From contig OZ037769.1 in assembly GCA_964035545.1 (NCBI GenBank), positions 15,530,633 to 15,594,632 on the forward strand: a stretch of DNA of 64,000 nucleotides. The letters are read 5' to 3'. Shown piece after piece: positions 1 through 13,700 of the stretch. A program made the translations under genes and the position numbers. The DNA comes from Bugula neritina (Eukaryota > Animalia > Bryozoa). Numbering within the stretch: the stretch's first letter is position 1; each line of letters begins with the position of its first letter. A model generated the notes under the pieces. That model did not search any database. It was not told where the DNA came from and saw only the letters and a list, made by a program, of their open reading frames with translations.

Positions 1-80
1 TTTAGGGCCTAACTGAAACCCAGGAAAATAATACAAAAAAAGAATGCTTTTGGGAGGTAAATTACACAGGAAACGAAGCA

Positions 81-1110
81 ATGTACTATACAGTAGACGA
101 AGAATCATATTCACTACAAAGTCCAACTATTACCACCATATACCCTACAGAAACATCTTTGACTTGGCCCGTTGACAGAGGTGTGTATGTTGTATGGTGT
201 ATGTTCCCATTCTTGTCGAGTTTTCTCAACAGTTCTCAACTGTTAATTTGTGTATTTTATATCTATATAAAGTAACTGTAATATATTTGATATGTTTCAG
301 ACTTTAACGACCTTCTTGAACTATATGATAGCGATCAACTAACTGCAGACATGACTTTCAAATCTGTAAATGAGAACTCTCTTGACTATACGCCTCTCAG
401 TCCATCCTTACCTGTCGCAGGTGAAGAACTCGGCCACTGGCAGCTCAACGAAGTCTTCCAGGATTTCACCCAGTCTGATTTAGACAGAACACAGGTGAGG
501 ATAAGCTGTTTATATATTATTACTTGTTCCATGCTGCCTGTTGATTATGCATTATTGCAGTTCATTTCAGGTTTTCTGTTATATCTGGAAATAATGATTG
601 TAATGATTGTAGGAAATGGGCGGCAGTCGAGATCTCTTGGCCGAAGCCTTTGGCACGGTAGAGCCAGCATTTCCTGTCAAATTCTTGGCTGATGATGAAC
701 CTTCTCAACTCGTTCCCGTCACTGTAGACGATGTCCTGTCACAAGTTACTCACAATACCTCTTCGCCATCCACTTGTCAACTTTCTAATGACGACCGTCT
801 TCACAAAGTCTCTAAGAAATCTAATTCTAAAATAACCAAAAGATCTAACAAGGCAGCAGTCAAGCTCGCTGACTGCGTCGTCAAACCTAACGAGACGGTG
901 AAGGAGGCACAGCGACGTATCAAAAACAACTCAGCTTCTCGTGAATTCCGATCTCGAAAGAAGACGAAGCTGGAGGAGATGTTAGTCACTGAAGACAGTC
1001 TGAGAACTCACAACTCCGTGATTAGAAATGATTTGACCTTGGTTGAAGAGGTCGTGCAGATTCTTAAAGACGGCCTTGTCAATTCTGCACGACAATTCCG
1101 CCAAAGCTGA
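81..1110 (+). CDS. bZIP transcription factor (basic region RRIKNNSASREFRSRKK plus leucine zipper), 3 exons, ~263 aa
   Basis: Exons 81-180, 301-494 and 613-1110 join in frame across GT-AG introns. The C-terminus has a basic region with the NNxASR motif followed by a hydrophobic heptad repeat. Subfamily not assigned; further upstream exons cannot be excluded. Confidence 0.8.
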
Positions 1111-3466
1111 TTTTATTTTTTTTTAACTAAATTTTATTTTATTTAATGTATAATTATATTTTGCCTTATTCATCTCTATTTATAGTTGTTAGTTATATGT
1201 TTTCCCTAACAACTTTGTTATATTCCATGTGCATTAAAATACTATAGTATATATAAGCTATTTATTATATTTCATGTGCATTAACACGGGCTGTATTTTT
1301 TTAGCTTGTTGCACATAATTAGATGGTTTATTTTCATACTCAAGCAAACATATTAATCAGTATTGTTTTTTTTGTGATGTCATGAATTTGACTTTAAGTT
1401 CTGTATGCAGTAACAAAAAACTGTAAACTACTAAATACAATCGGCATTTATGTAAGATTTTACATACACTACATAATATAATATACACATATACATTACA
1501 ATTACTTGTGGGATTTGATTTATTTTCTATCGAGGCTTGTAGCGAAACAAATCAACCATTTGCAATAGCCAAATAAATTGTTTAAAAGAGAAGCATATCT
1601 TACACAAAATTGATCCAGAAAGATCTGGAATTTACTCAAAATGATAGAAAAACTACGAGCTAACTAGCAGAATGAATAGATAACTTCATTAAAACATAAA
1701 ATGTGCATTCCAAACCATAAAAACATCAAATAGATTTAGATTTGTTGTATACACAGGGAACACAAGTTAGATTATTTACCTTAATTCACTTGGTCTTGCA
1801 TTAAGAGTTGATGACTTCATGCAATCTATAGAAACTATTCCATGGAGTTGTCTCTTTTTTTTATTTGTCTCGTAGTACAAGGCAACATAACTCATACATA
1901 TACGTATGTGAGCCATATTATTATAGTCGAAGCATGTGTGTTCACTTTAGTCGTTGTTCTCTCATATCACAACCTTGACGGATTTAATTTAAGAATCTCG
2001 ACACACTTCATTTATGCAGTATTAAAATATCCATACATATTATAGATGTCTTCTACAGACTATTTGAAGGTTGCAAGCCCAATTTTGTATATATAAGTAG
2101 TATTAGATTCAAATTATCATATGCATAGCAAATGTAATTAGTAGTAGTGAAGCTTTCACATTTAAAATATATAGTCACAATACAGATTTCTTTTTAAAAG
2201 GTTATAGTGAAATGCTTATGGTGAATCATCACTACACCTACAAAAGAAATACACACACCTCTTATATTTACTATAATATTGTGTTAGCAGACTTGTATCT
2301 GGTGAAAATATGTTGGAAATGAACTATAAGGGTTGCTGGTGAAGAGAAATCTCATTGCATGCATGGAGTGGATATGTCATAGTTAGGTGTGCATAAACCT
2401 GATTTTATCCTCGTGAATAGTCAGATGATAAGGTACACCGCTGAGGTAAGAGATTGTTATTAGATTTTAACTGACATATGAAGGCCAGTACTTGCAAGCA
2501 CTTGTCATATGGTAGTCACCAAGGGTCACCTGATGTGTCACTGTTAACTTTTTTAACAAAGTATGTTGTAGGTTCGTAGTTTGTTGACTGGTTGACCGCA
2601 GTGCAAACATTATTTAGAGTTGAATATCACTAAATTACAGGATAATGTAGTGCTACTGAATTTGTATTAAAAGGAAATTGAATATTGTACTACTATTTGC
2701 ATAGGTTCAATCAATTGGTTAATCAATTGTTTTGTGTTTGCCTTACATAATCGGTTATTTAAAAAATACACAGTTAGTGATCTATGCATACACACGTGTG
2801 GGGCATGGCATAGGCTTTGTGAAATATGCTTGCACACTGAGTGCAACGAACAACTTTATATCAGACTTGCCAACTATGCACAAATTTTATTTATATTGAA
2901 ATAATTATATTTTATAAAAAAGAAAGATAAATATCTTTGAAAATACATAAACATAATGCTGGCCAAAATTATATATACAAAATATGTAATTTCAACAAAA
3001 TTGGACATTAAGAAAATTAAAAAAAATTTAGAATAAAACTAAAAAAGTAAATATTATTGTACATACTTTGTTTTTTTGGCAAATCTGACTTTTCAAATAA
3101 AATACTATATAAATATTAACCAATTAATATTTCATATTAGTTCTAGTTCCCAAGCCTTCAGTAGTCTACAATATAGTATAACCACAATACTCCAGCCAAT
3201 ATGGCGATGTGTACAACTATCGTCTCTATCAGAGATAAAAACATAAGACACCTGTACTCTGGTACACCTTGCAACATAATATATCGCACCTCAGGTGAGT
3301 TGTACACATTTCCTGTACCATTCTATTCATATATGTGTCCTGCAACTTTTCTCATATAAACGGTGATATAACAATATGTTTTTATATATAATGTAGTACG
3401 GATAATATATTATAATACAATATATTATATTATATTTCATTACTCAATATATAATTAGTTATTTGG

Positions 3467-3470
<4 letters not shown>

Positions 3471-3522
<52 letters not shown>
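3471..3522. repeat. (TA)n microsatellite
   Basis: Pure TA run. Confidence 0.95.
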
Positions 3523-3524
<2 letters not shown>

Positions 3525-3674
3525 TATTTTAATTATATATTATATATAATACTAGCTATTTTAATATATATATATATAATAATATTTTAATATTTAATGA
3601 ATATAATATTGTTTCATTCCACAGCTGACTATCCAAATCTGGACCAACTAAGATTAGCCAAGATGGACAAGGAA

Positions 3675-4129
3675 CTAAAGTTGCGTTTATACCTCTGCTG
3701 AAAAAAGTACCGAGTTTAAGTTAATAATGCTTATCCGGGTACCCCTTTATAGTCAAGCTGAAACTCGTTGAAATCATATTGATGCGGTTGCTCACTTTCT
3801 GAAATTGAAATTTGACTCGCATAATAGCTATTTGATGCCCTTTGTAAACGTCGTGAATTAGTGAAGCGGAAAGCATAAAGGCGATAATTGAGAAGGCGTA
3901 GGCTATATTATTATAACCGTATAAGTACGTTGTCTAATCGCCAAAGTAATAACTAAATAACGATGTTTACAAGGAGTTATTACTCTTATTCTAAAATTGG
4001 CCGATTAAGTTATCGCAGTACAAAAATTTCAACGGGTGGCTTTTACAATGCAATGCAACTCGGAGAAATTTCAACCCGGCCAAATTGAAATTTTGACCGA
4101 AAATCGTGAAGGTATAAACGCAACTTTAG
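3675..4129. mobile_element. MITE-like non-autonomous DNA transposon
   Basis: Perfect 20-bp inverted repeat CTAAAGTTGCGTTTATACCT (3675-3694) / AGGTATAAACGCAACTTTAG (4110-4129). The interior is richer in CpG than the flanks and has no ORF. Confidence 0.6.
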
Positions 4130-4701
4130 AGAAAACATCTTGAAGTCGGCTAAACAGAGCTATGCCCCGGCAGAGGTACGTGCTGTCGGCTTTTTGGAAC
4201 TTAGTCTTGCTGCTGAAAGCACCTGACCCTGCAGTGAATGAGTTCCGCATTGTCATCACCCCATTATATACAGTAGTTGTGGTGAAAATTTAGATTTGAA
4301 TATCTTTCGAGTTTCTCGGAAAGAATTTATATAATAATTTACTGTGCATTTATTATTTTAGTCATATAGTGAAACAGTATAGTATTATATGCTAGCTGCC
4401 ACAAATATTATGTAACAGAGAGAATATACTGAGAGTTGATAAATTACTGAACACAAAAATTCAGATTTGCTTTTGCTGACAATGCTTGGGAGAGTTCTGC
4501 AGATCGTCTCCAATATACCTGGAATATACTGTAGATAGCACCTTTTAGGTGAATTTTAATGTGAATTACATCTGACAGAGGTTGGAGTTGCTAAAAATAT
4601 TCATCTCAGGAAACTCTGAAGTTACACACAGTCTAAAATTTTGAGACTTTTGCAAAAAGCTATACAGTGTTCACTAAATAACCATTCTCATTATGACAAT
4701 A

Positions 4702-7567
4702 GAGGGGTTTCAGACATCCCTCCAGAGGAATTTGTATTTTAAAGTTGTCTCCCCCTACAGGTATTGGGGGCAGTCTCCATGATATATAGAAGGCCCATAA
4801 AATAAGTAGAGATGTATGGTTTGAGTGAAGACTACTACTAGTATAAGTTTCATTTTTTCTGAGATTAATATTTTGGCATAGGTACACATATGAGCAGTTT
4901 CAGAAATTTTTTAAAAAATTTTGTTAATGATAAATGGCACAAAAAGAAAACTTCAAAGCATATTTGTGGTTTTGGTTATTGAGCAAATCTGAAGCTGGCA
5001 GCTGTCATTATTATTTGCTTTGCTGACTGTAACCAGTCTGGTTAGAGCTGCTAACCTTTCAACTCTTAGAACAATAATAACATGCTCGTACACTATATAG
5101 CTGCACTAGTGGGCTCTGTCTTACTGAACTCCAAATGCTCCAAATTATGGGTTGGAACACATGCCTGTACGTTTATGAAGGCACTGGCTCATTTGTATTA
5201 ACATGTTCACGTACTTACACACCTATACTATGAAAATAACTAAGCCACCCTACTATCTAATATTTCTATATATCAAAAAAATTATTATAAATATAAAGAT
5301 ATGTATTAAAATAGATAGATTAAATTTGTAATTTCAAACAACATCTTATCTAAAAATGCCAAACACTGTATAACTATATATATTTTTTAAAAGCATTTGT
5401 TTACATGGCATGCCTGCAAGTCAATGAAAATATTTAGAGAACAGTAAAAAGAAGCATATAAATTTCAGAATAGTTTCTTCTTTTCTGAGATGAATATTTT
5501 GGAAATGTCCCACCATTCAACATTTAAATTAAGTCTGTAAAAAAAATTTCACAGTGTATTTTCAATAAATAACTATTCTTGCAAGCTGTTTGTATACCAA
5601 CATTCCTAATAAAGAAATGTTTTTGGAGCATTGTAAATTGTATACTGCTGCATTGCAGAAAAAAAATCATCAAAAAAAAGCACTTTTCAGCCAAAGCAAC
5701 TTATTTTGTTTTCAAAAAAAGTTGAAATGTACATTTAGTACCAGCTGTAAAGTATAGAAAGAACGAACTGTGTCATAATGACTGCATTCTTATGACACTA
5801 ATAAAATTAAGATTGGCTTTACTCCATACGGGTCTTGCTCAAAGGTGGAGTTCTAAATAATGCTACTAAGTTTCACTAAATTCCCAGATAATACTTTTTA
5901 TATCAAATCATTTGGCTTTACTGATTTAGCTATATTATGTACATTTTGTACTTATTTATCTCTAGGTCAGATTTCAGCCATATATTTGACCGCATTGCTA
6001 TACTTCCTTTGTGCCAGCATTCTCTCCTTTATATCTTTTCTGTGGTTTCTAATAATTTTCAGTGGTATGTCACTGTATGTAAACTATGTGAACCATCAGG
6101 CTATCTCTTATACAATGCATGCTGCTATAAGAATAACAGCAGCTGTTTTGTATTCAATCAACCTCGTTGCAAGAATTTTGTTTGCTTGAAGCTCTCTGTT
6201 GAGTAGCTGTCTCTCTATATTACATAACTGCTTATTCAAGAAAGTGCACGATGAGAACTGTCCAACTTTAGCCGTCTAACTTAAATTACATTATATAGGA
6301 TTACATCACTACATAATAAGCTGATTAAACAACACATATAAATCAGCCAAAAACACCACACACTTGACTAGCTCTAGTTGGACTCATTTATATTTCGAGT
6401 TTTTTACATTACTTGAACATGCTTTAGCCAATTTGTTGCATTATTTTTCATCCATACATGTAATACAAAGATTTAGTATATTATTTTTTAGGTTTGGATT
6501 GTCTAATAGGCAGGTATCGCAGATATTTAATCAGACTGCGAAGTTGCTTAGAGAAGCTCTAAATCCAATGATAGTATTTTATCGACACAAGGAGGTTAAT
6601 AAAACAATTCCACCTCAATGAACTTTGACCTAGTTAACTAGACCACTGTAAAATGGCATGCCAGAACAAACACAAACCAGCTTGCAAGAATAATTATTCA
6701 TTGAAAATACACTGTGAAAAATTCTTTTACAGACTTAATTTAAATGTTGAATTGTGGGACATTTCCAAAATATTTATCTCAGAAAAGAAGAAACTATTCT
6801 GAAATTTATATGCTTCCTTTTACTGTTCTTTAAATATTTTCATTGACTTGCAGGCATGTCATGTAAACAAATGCTTTTAAAAAATATATATAGTTATACA
6901 GTGTTTGGCATTTTTAGATAAGATGTTGTTTGAAATTACAAATTTAATCGCTATCTATTTTAATACATATCTTTATATTTATAATAATTTTTTTGATATA
7001 TAGAAATATTAGATAGTAGGGTGGCTTAGTTATTTTCATAGTATAGGTGTGTAAGTACGTGAACATGTTAATACAAATGAGCCAGTGCCTTCATAAACGT
7101 ACAGGCATGTGTTCCAACCCATAATTTGGAGCATTTGGAGTTCAGTAAGACAGAGCCCACTAGTGCAGCTATATAGTGTACGAGCATGTTATTATTGTTC
7201 TAAGAGTTGAAAGGTTAGCAGCTCTAACCAGACTGGTTACAGTCAGCAAAGCAAATAATAATGACAGCTGCCAGCTTCAGATTTGCTCAATAACCAAAAC
7301 CACAAATATGCTTTGAAGTTTTCTTTTTGTGCCATTTATCATTAACAAAATTTTTTAAAAAATTTCTGAAACTGCTCATATGTGTACCTATGCCAAAATA
7401 TTAATCTCAGAAAAAATGAAACTTATACTAGTAGTAGTCTTCACTCAAACCATACATCTCTACTTATTTTATGGGCCTTCTATATATCATTGAGACTGCC
7501 CCCAATCCCTGTAGGGGGAGGCAACTTTAAAATACAAATTCCTCTGGAGGGATGTCTGAAACCCCTC
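4702..7567. mobile_element. Foldback-type DNA transposon with ~890-bp terminal inverted repeats (non-autonomous; Sola-like GAG termini or TA-target element)
   Basis: 4702-~5593 is the near-identical reverse complement of ~6672-7567. Termini GAGGGG...CCCCTC are flanked by TA on both sides (AATA left, TATA right). The ~1.1-kb spacer has no intact transposase ORF. Confidence 0.85.
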
Positions 7568-9193
7568 TATAGAAAATGAAATAGCTAGACATAACACTTT
7601 ACCAAGCCAATGCACTAACACGAAATTATTAGCCCCTTGAATTCATACAATGAAATAAAACAATGGGACACAGAAATAAAATGTAAATAAGTGCAGTAGT
7701 ATAACAGTCTACTGAGGGCTATAAATATCCCATATAATTAATAGTATATACAGCATCATGCTGTGATTAGCATTGAAATTAGCTTGTTTAAATATGCATG
7801 TAGTGTATAAAACATTACTATAATATATAATTAAATTTTGAAATATAATATTTTTGGTTTAAATTCTTGTCTATACAAAAATAACCAAGTTCATTGATGA
7901 TTTTTAGATTTGACTATGCTGTTATAAAAAGCCTTAAATTTAAAGGAATGTAGTATAAGGAATATGTCGTGTTTATTTCCTCTAGCTGGAACCAGCGGCA
8001 GCATTTAGATGTGTCAGCGCTGCCGAAGCAGAGGAGATTGGAAACCGACTTTATGCTGGACACAGAAAGAAGAACAGTGATGGAGAGTCTGCTGCCAAAA
8101 ATGGTCAGGGTAGGGGCACAGCGGCAGCACCTAACAAACAGAGCAACCAATCAGTTGTGAGTGAGGCTAAGTTAACTAACCATCAGCTGTGCGTACAGTA
8201 ATATGTCACTCTCTTTGCACGTAGCACCTTGCACTCTCTTTTAACGTCTGCATGTGTATCATAGCTATAATACAGTATATATAGTTTTCTGCATGTAGTA
8301 TGATTAGTGCAATGTATATAGCAGTGTGCATGTTGTTTAAGAAGTTGCTCTCACCTCTCAATTAATGAAACTTTTAGCATAAGACTACAGGTAACATTTT
8401 AAGTTCCTTAGAGTAAGGAAATTAATTTTAGTCATTAGAAATTTTTTTAGATTGTTTTGTTTTAGATTGAAATACACTAGTTATAGTAAATTTTAATAAC
8501 TGGAGACTGTTTTTAAATATTATTTTGGCTAACCTATTATAACAGTGTAAAATAAAATTTAAAAACTTTTCCAGCTTGTATTAACTAATATTCATTGAAG
8601 TAGTTTATTACTAGTCTTTTATGCAAGTGTATTCTGCAAAACACTGCATGCAGCTATTGCTAACCTATTATACCCCAGCACTAACCCCCTCCCCCTCTCC
8701 CCCCCCCCCCGTCTTATATTATAAACTACATCATCTATCCACATTCTAGAGATGAAACTAAATAACTGAAGTAGCATTTACTAACCAATTCAACTAATAC
8801 TAATATATTTATTTTAATATAATATATATTTGATAATTCATAACAATCAGTATAATTATATAAATAATTTTGGATGTTACATTTAGAAAGACATAATTAG
8901 AGTAATCTGACCAATATATACAGGTATTTTCAAACATTGCTTATTATTTTATTGAGAGCGACATTTCGAAGTGATGATATATGTTGCAGAAGTTCCACAA
9001 AAGAGAGGGAGAAACACCGTCGGCTCATCAGCGAGACTCCACACCAACCTCCCCTACTCCGCTAAAGTAAGATGCTCAAGGAATCCAGTCAAATTTATTG
9101 GTAAACATAAGTACGTCAATGACATTGCTCAGACCCAACCCCATCAGTACTAGTTCAACTTTCGCTGTGACCAGAGAATATATGCTAGATACT

Positions 9194-9346
9194 CGCCACC
9201 AGAGGGCGTATTCATTCTGACTCTGTAAGCAATATTTGTACTGTTTTCAGTACAAATATTGACCCCTTCCTTGATAGTTTCATACATTGAACAATGGTTT
9301 CAGTTCGGTGGTTTCATAAAGTTGTCACGTGACACACCAGCCAATC
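9194..9346. promoter_or_regulatory. Motif cluster: CTCF-like site, perfect hairpin, E-box palindrome, CCAAT
   Basis: CGCCACCAGAGGGCGT (9194-9209); 14-bp perfect inverted repeat 9230-9261; GTCACGTGAC (~9324-9333); CCAAT (~9341). Confidence 0.4.
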
Positions 9347-10762
9347 AAATCATAACTTTCTGAAAAAGACTATCCCCCTCACCCATAAGGCTATAACACC
9401 ATATTTCAACTATTTATAGTTTTTGCTATAAATATAATCAGTTTTTCAACTCAATGAGTTTATTTCTTACTTCTCATATTTCTTATTTTATTTCAATAAA
9501 AGTTCAGTGGAAAACAAAGTGTTTGAAATATTACCCAGCTAAGAGATCAAATGAGTTCAAACGCTGCAAACATGCTAAGGCATTGCACTAGGTTATTGTC
9601 TGCATTAGAAATAGTCACATGACCTGTGTTGGGTTTCAAAACACCAGCTGTTTATTATGTAATCAACTTAGTGTTACAAGATCAGGTTTCAAAAGCCATA
9701 CCGCATAACAAATGACCAATTGTTTTACATATAAAAACATAAAATATATTTGCAACTAATTAATCAGTTAAAACTATTACAGCGAGTTGAACATGATTAA
9801 AAACTAAAACATTTTTGATGTTAGCTGAATGAATAACAATATAGAGAAGTTAATGAGATGGTATGATTAAATAAGTAAATGAATTGGACAAATAGAACAG
9901 TATAGACAGACAGACAGACAGGTTTTTGTGAATTTCATCGTCCATAAGTTTTATAATTGAAGCCAAAACCAAACTCTAAAATTTGTATATTCAATTTCAA
10001 TAGCAAAAACTTACATGAGTTACAATACCTTCTCAGAAGAGTGAGAATTAAGTTAAATTTCAATTTAATTTTAAATCTCTCACAAAAACATTAGGGAGAA
10101 ATTAACCAATAGAAGTAAGAATATGACTACAATGAGATGTACAGTCATAACTACTACAAAATTTATTAAAAAAAAAACCAAGCATAGCATAGAAAAGAGA
10201 GACTCTATAAAATAAACTCAAATAAAATGGTAGTAGAAAACTCCAAAATAGAGTGGTTTCTGCAGACTTAAAGTGAAACATGCAGATTATATGCACCAGA
10301 ATACGAAAACTATTAGCAACAGGAATATCTCATTTTATAACATGTGAGTTTCTAATTGCAATGAACTTAAAGTAAAACAGACAATGTTTAACAGAAAAAT
10401 AATGTCGGAGCAACTAAATAAAGGAGAAGATAACTCTATAATCGAGTGAGAGCCTTCAAACCTTTCCTTCTACCGGTATAAGTTGAGATTTACCAGGTTT
10501 ATGCGAGAAAGTAAAAAAGTGGGTGAGAGAAATTTAAATTGGTCAGCTCAGCTACTTCAAAAAGTTGATTTATAAAATCAATTTTGATTTATAGTTTTTG
10601 ATTTTGAATAATTATAAATTACTAGCTAAAATAAAATAAAACTTGAAGCAAAGGTCACCAAAGACGACGAAAAGTAAATTGCATAACTAGAAAAATATTG
10701 GAAAAATAAAGCACAGGAGATGACTACCAAGGTGAAGGTCATTCACATAGCCTAAGGTTTCC

Positions 10763-13700
10763 TCAGACATTTACAGCATTGGCTGTGGCTCTCCAGGCCT
10801 CTGCCAGCTTCCCATTAAGTATGTGAAGACAATGAACATCCGCCTTCCACTCAATACACTCTCCTCGTGTGTACGCAGGATGCAGCAACTACAGACCAGG
10901 TACAAGGGTACACAACTTTCAACACATCAAATACAAGGGTAGACAACTTTCAACATAGCAGTATATAAGAGTAGACAACTTCCAGCAGCAGAGTTTGATT
11001 AGTTAAGTTGGAAAACTAAGCACGTAAAAAAGTAGCAAATCAGCAATTGACTCCAAAAGGCATTGCCAAGCCAACCAAGGAATAATTTTGAACAGTTCAA
11101 TGACTTCTAAAACAAACAATTTAAAAAGAGCAAACACTTGCATGGCAATGAAATTAAAAGAGGTACATAAAAAATTTTAGGATTCAGAATTTGAAGAGGT
11201 GAAGCCAGATGAGTAAAATGGCTGAAGAAGTAAATGAGCCAACACAAACGCTGCTAAGTATGGCAGAACCAACCTTGGGGAGATATTTCACATTAAATCC
11301 CTCTTCACAGAGCAGAGCTATGATTGGCCTCTTCACTTCAAAAGAGCAGTCCAGCACCATTTCACACAGCCTGTCATCTCTACAGAGAAGGAGCTTATGA
11401 CTAGTAATAGTACATATTGAGGCCAATGCATATAGTAGGCTTATTAAATTTTTAGCTTTAAATTTCCACACATTCGCGTGTAATTTGAGTCTAGTAAATA
11501 TTTTCAGCTTGACACAAGAAAAGGAAATGCACAGTTACAATGGCCAATCAAAATACTTGAAGCTATAGTTTATCTGATCAAGAAACTAGTACCATACAGG
11601 AAGTCCATGCTCACCGGTAATGCTTGCAGACGTACACCAAGATTGAAGCACTACTGTTCAGATTATCAAATATGTTGGCAATTCTAGTCTTCCCAGGATC
11701 ATCTAGCTCTCCGTGTGCTATTGGGAAATCCCCCTCATGAGCTCTGGAAAACTCCTAGAAAACACAGACATGTGACAATAGAAGACAACTACCAACAGTG
11801 AGTTCTACTCACATAATCTTATATGAAAAGCAGAGAGTAACTAACTAGCGTAACACTAACTACAGCCACTGCTATGTCATGTACGAAGATCATACGTTAA
11901 GCAAGAAATAGTCTGTGGCTTAATTTAGCAGCATGCTTTCTTCACGCATCTTCTATCAGCATGAAGCCTGTACCTTGTTGTTATCAATGCGGGGGAGAAG
12001 CTGCCTGCAGACGAAATCTTTACACGTCCTTTTCGAGCAGTGGGATAGAAATGCTGCAAACTTGTTCTGTGAGCCAATCAGTGGCTGCCGTTCACCGACA
12101 GCGGACATTGTGGTGACCTTATAGATAGCGTACCTTATCTTCCATCTGTACCGATAGAGGGTGCACACGATCACCAACATGATTATCACACCTAAAGAGA
12201 ACAGATAACTCTTAAATATCAATAGACACTAAGCTTAGAGTTACGAAACTGGCACTTTCGAAGGCTCAAGGTAAAATTTTACTAAAGAAAGTATTACAAA
12301 AACAATATTCTTAAAATTTAGACACAAAAGCTACAATAAGTATGACAGAGAGATTGGTGTTTGGGCAAAGAGTGAGTAGATAATCAGAAGTTATAGCGAG
12401 CAAGAAGAGTTGCAGAGGTACGAGAGATATTTGTGTGCGGAATAGAGACTTACCTGCACCAACTCCCGTAACAATCCACACCCACTCTGGCAGACACTGT
12501 ACTATGCTCAGGTCATACTCTATAACCTTAGTTCCACGCAGATAGAGAGGGGAGGCACATGTGTATGTCCCGCAGTTCTTCACATTTACCCTTGAATACA
12601 TAATGACTGTCCAAATGAAGGCTGCGTGACATGACTATCTGGAACCACTGTTTGGCAAAATACTCAGCAACAGTATTTTAGGTTCTGTTAAAATTTTAAA
12701 CACCAACTGACACAGTAATTATACACTAACAGGTGCTGTATGACATCACAGGATACTGTATGACATCATAGGATACTGTATGACATGACAGGATACTGTA
12801 TGACATACTGTATGACATCACAGAGTACTGTATGACATCACAGAGTACTTACTGTATGATATCATAGGATACTGTATGACATCACAGAGTACTGTATGAC
12901 ATCAGAAAGTACAGAGAAAGCACATAATAGAATTGAACTTACTTAGTAGTCTTCAGCCAGTCCCTAAAAGACCTCATGTCACATGTGCAATCAAAGGGAT
13001 TGTCAGTCAAGTCTAGCAGAGAGAGATTCTGGAGGTCGGAGAAGGAAGTCTTGTTGAACAGAGCCAGTCTGTTGCTGTTTAGAAGAAGATTGTTGAGTCC
13101 CACAGAACCCTGAAGTAAACAAAAAGTTGTAGAATATGACGTGGACATACTATACAACCCAACACAACGAAGAGCTAACTGTAGACTCAGTACCTTGAAT
13201 GTCTGCTGAGCATCCCAGCTATAGATGTTATTGAATCCAAGGTTCAAGGTCACTAGCTGCTTAGTTCCGGATATCATCTGCGAAGGTAACATTTCGATGT
13301 CATTAGCCGACATATCAACTTCCTGTAATTTCTTGAGTCCCGACAGAAATCCTTCAACGAAAAAAATTTGACATTAAGACGAATTTGATATCTTATCTTG
13401 TAAAATACAGGAGTAGAGAAAAGTTTTCAGTGACTTACAAAATAGTTGAAAACAAGTAACTATGACCTATGGAAAGAATCACTTGCAAATAATAACACCA
13501 CCAAATAGAAATAATAACTCTATCAACACAAGAATGTGTGTGTGATTCTCACCTGCATATAATTGCAGTGAGGGACCGACAAAAGCAGTCCCCAATCGGT
13601 TGTTGTGCAAGTCCAACTGAGAGAGATTCGGTAAAGATTTGAAGAGCTGATAGTGGAAACTGGTCATACCGTTGTCACTGAGATTGAGATGTGAGAGCAT

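Noticed and set aside
4660-7579. Twin ORFs MYLCQNINLRKNE... on opposite strands
   Set aside because: By-product of the long inverted repeat; no recognisable domain.
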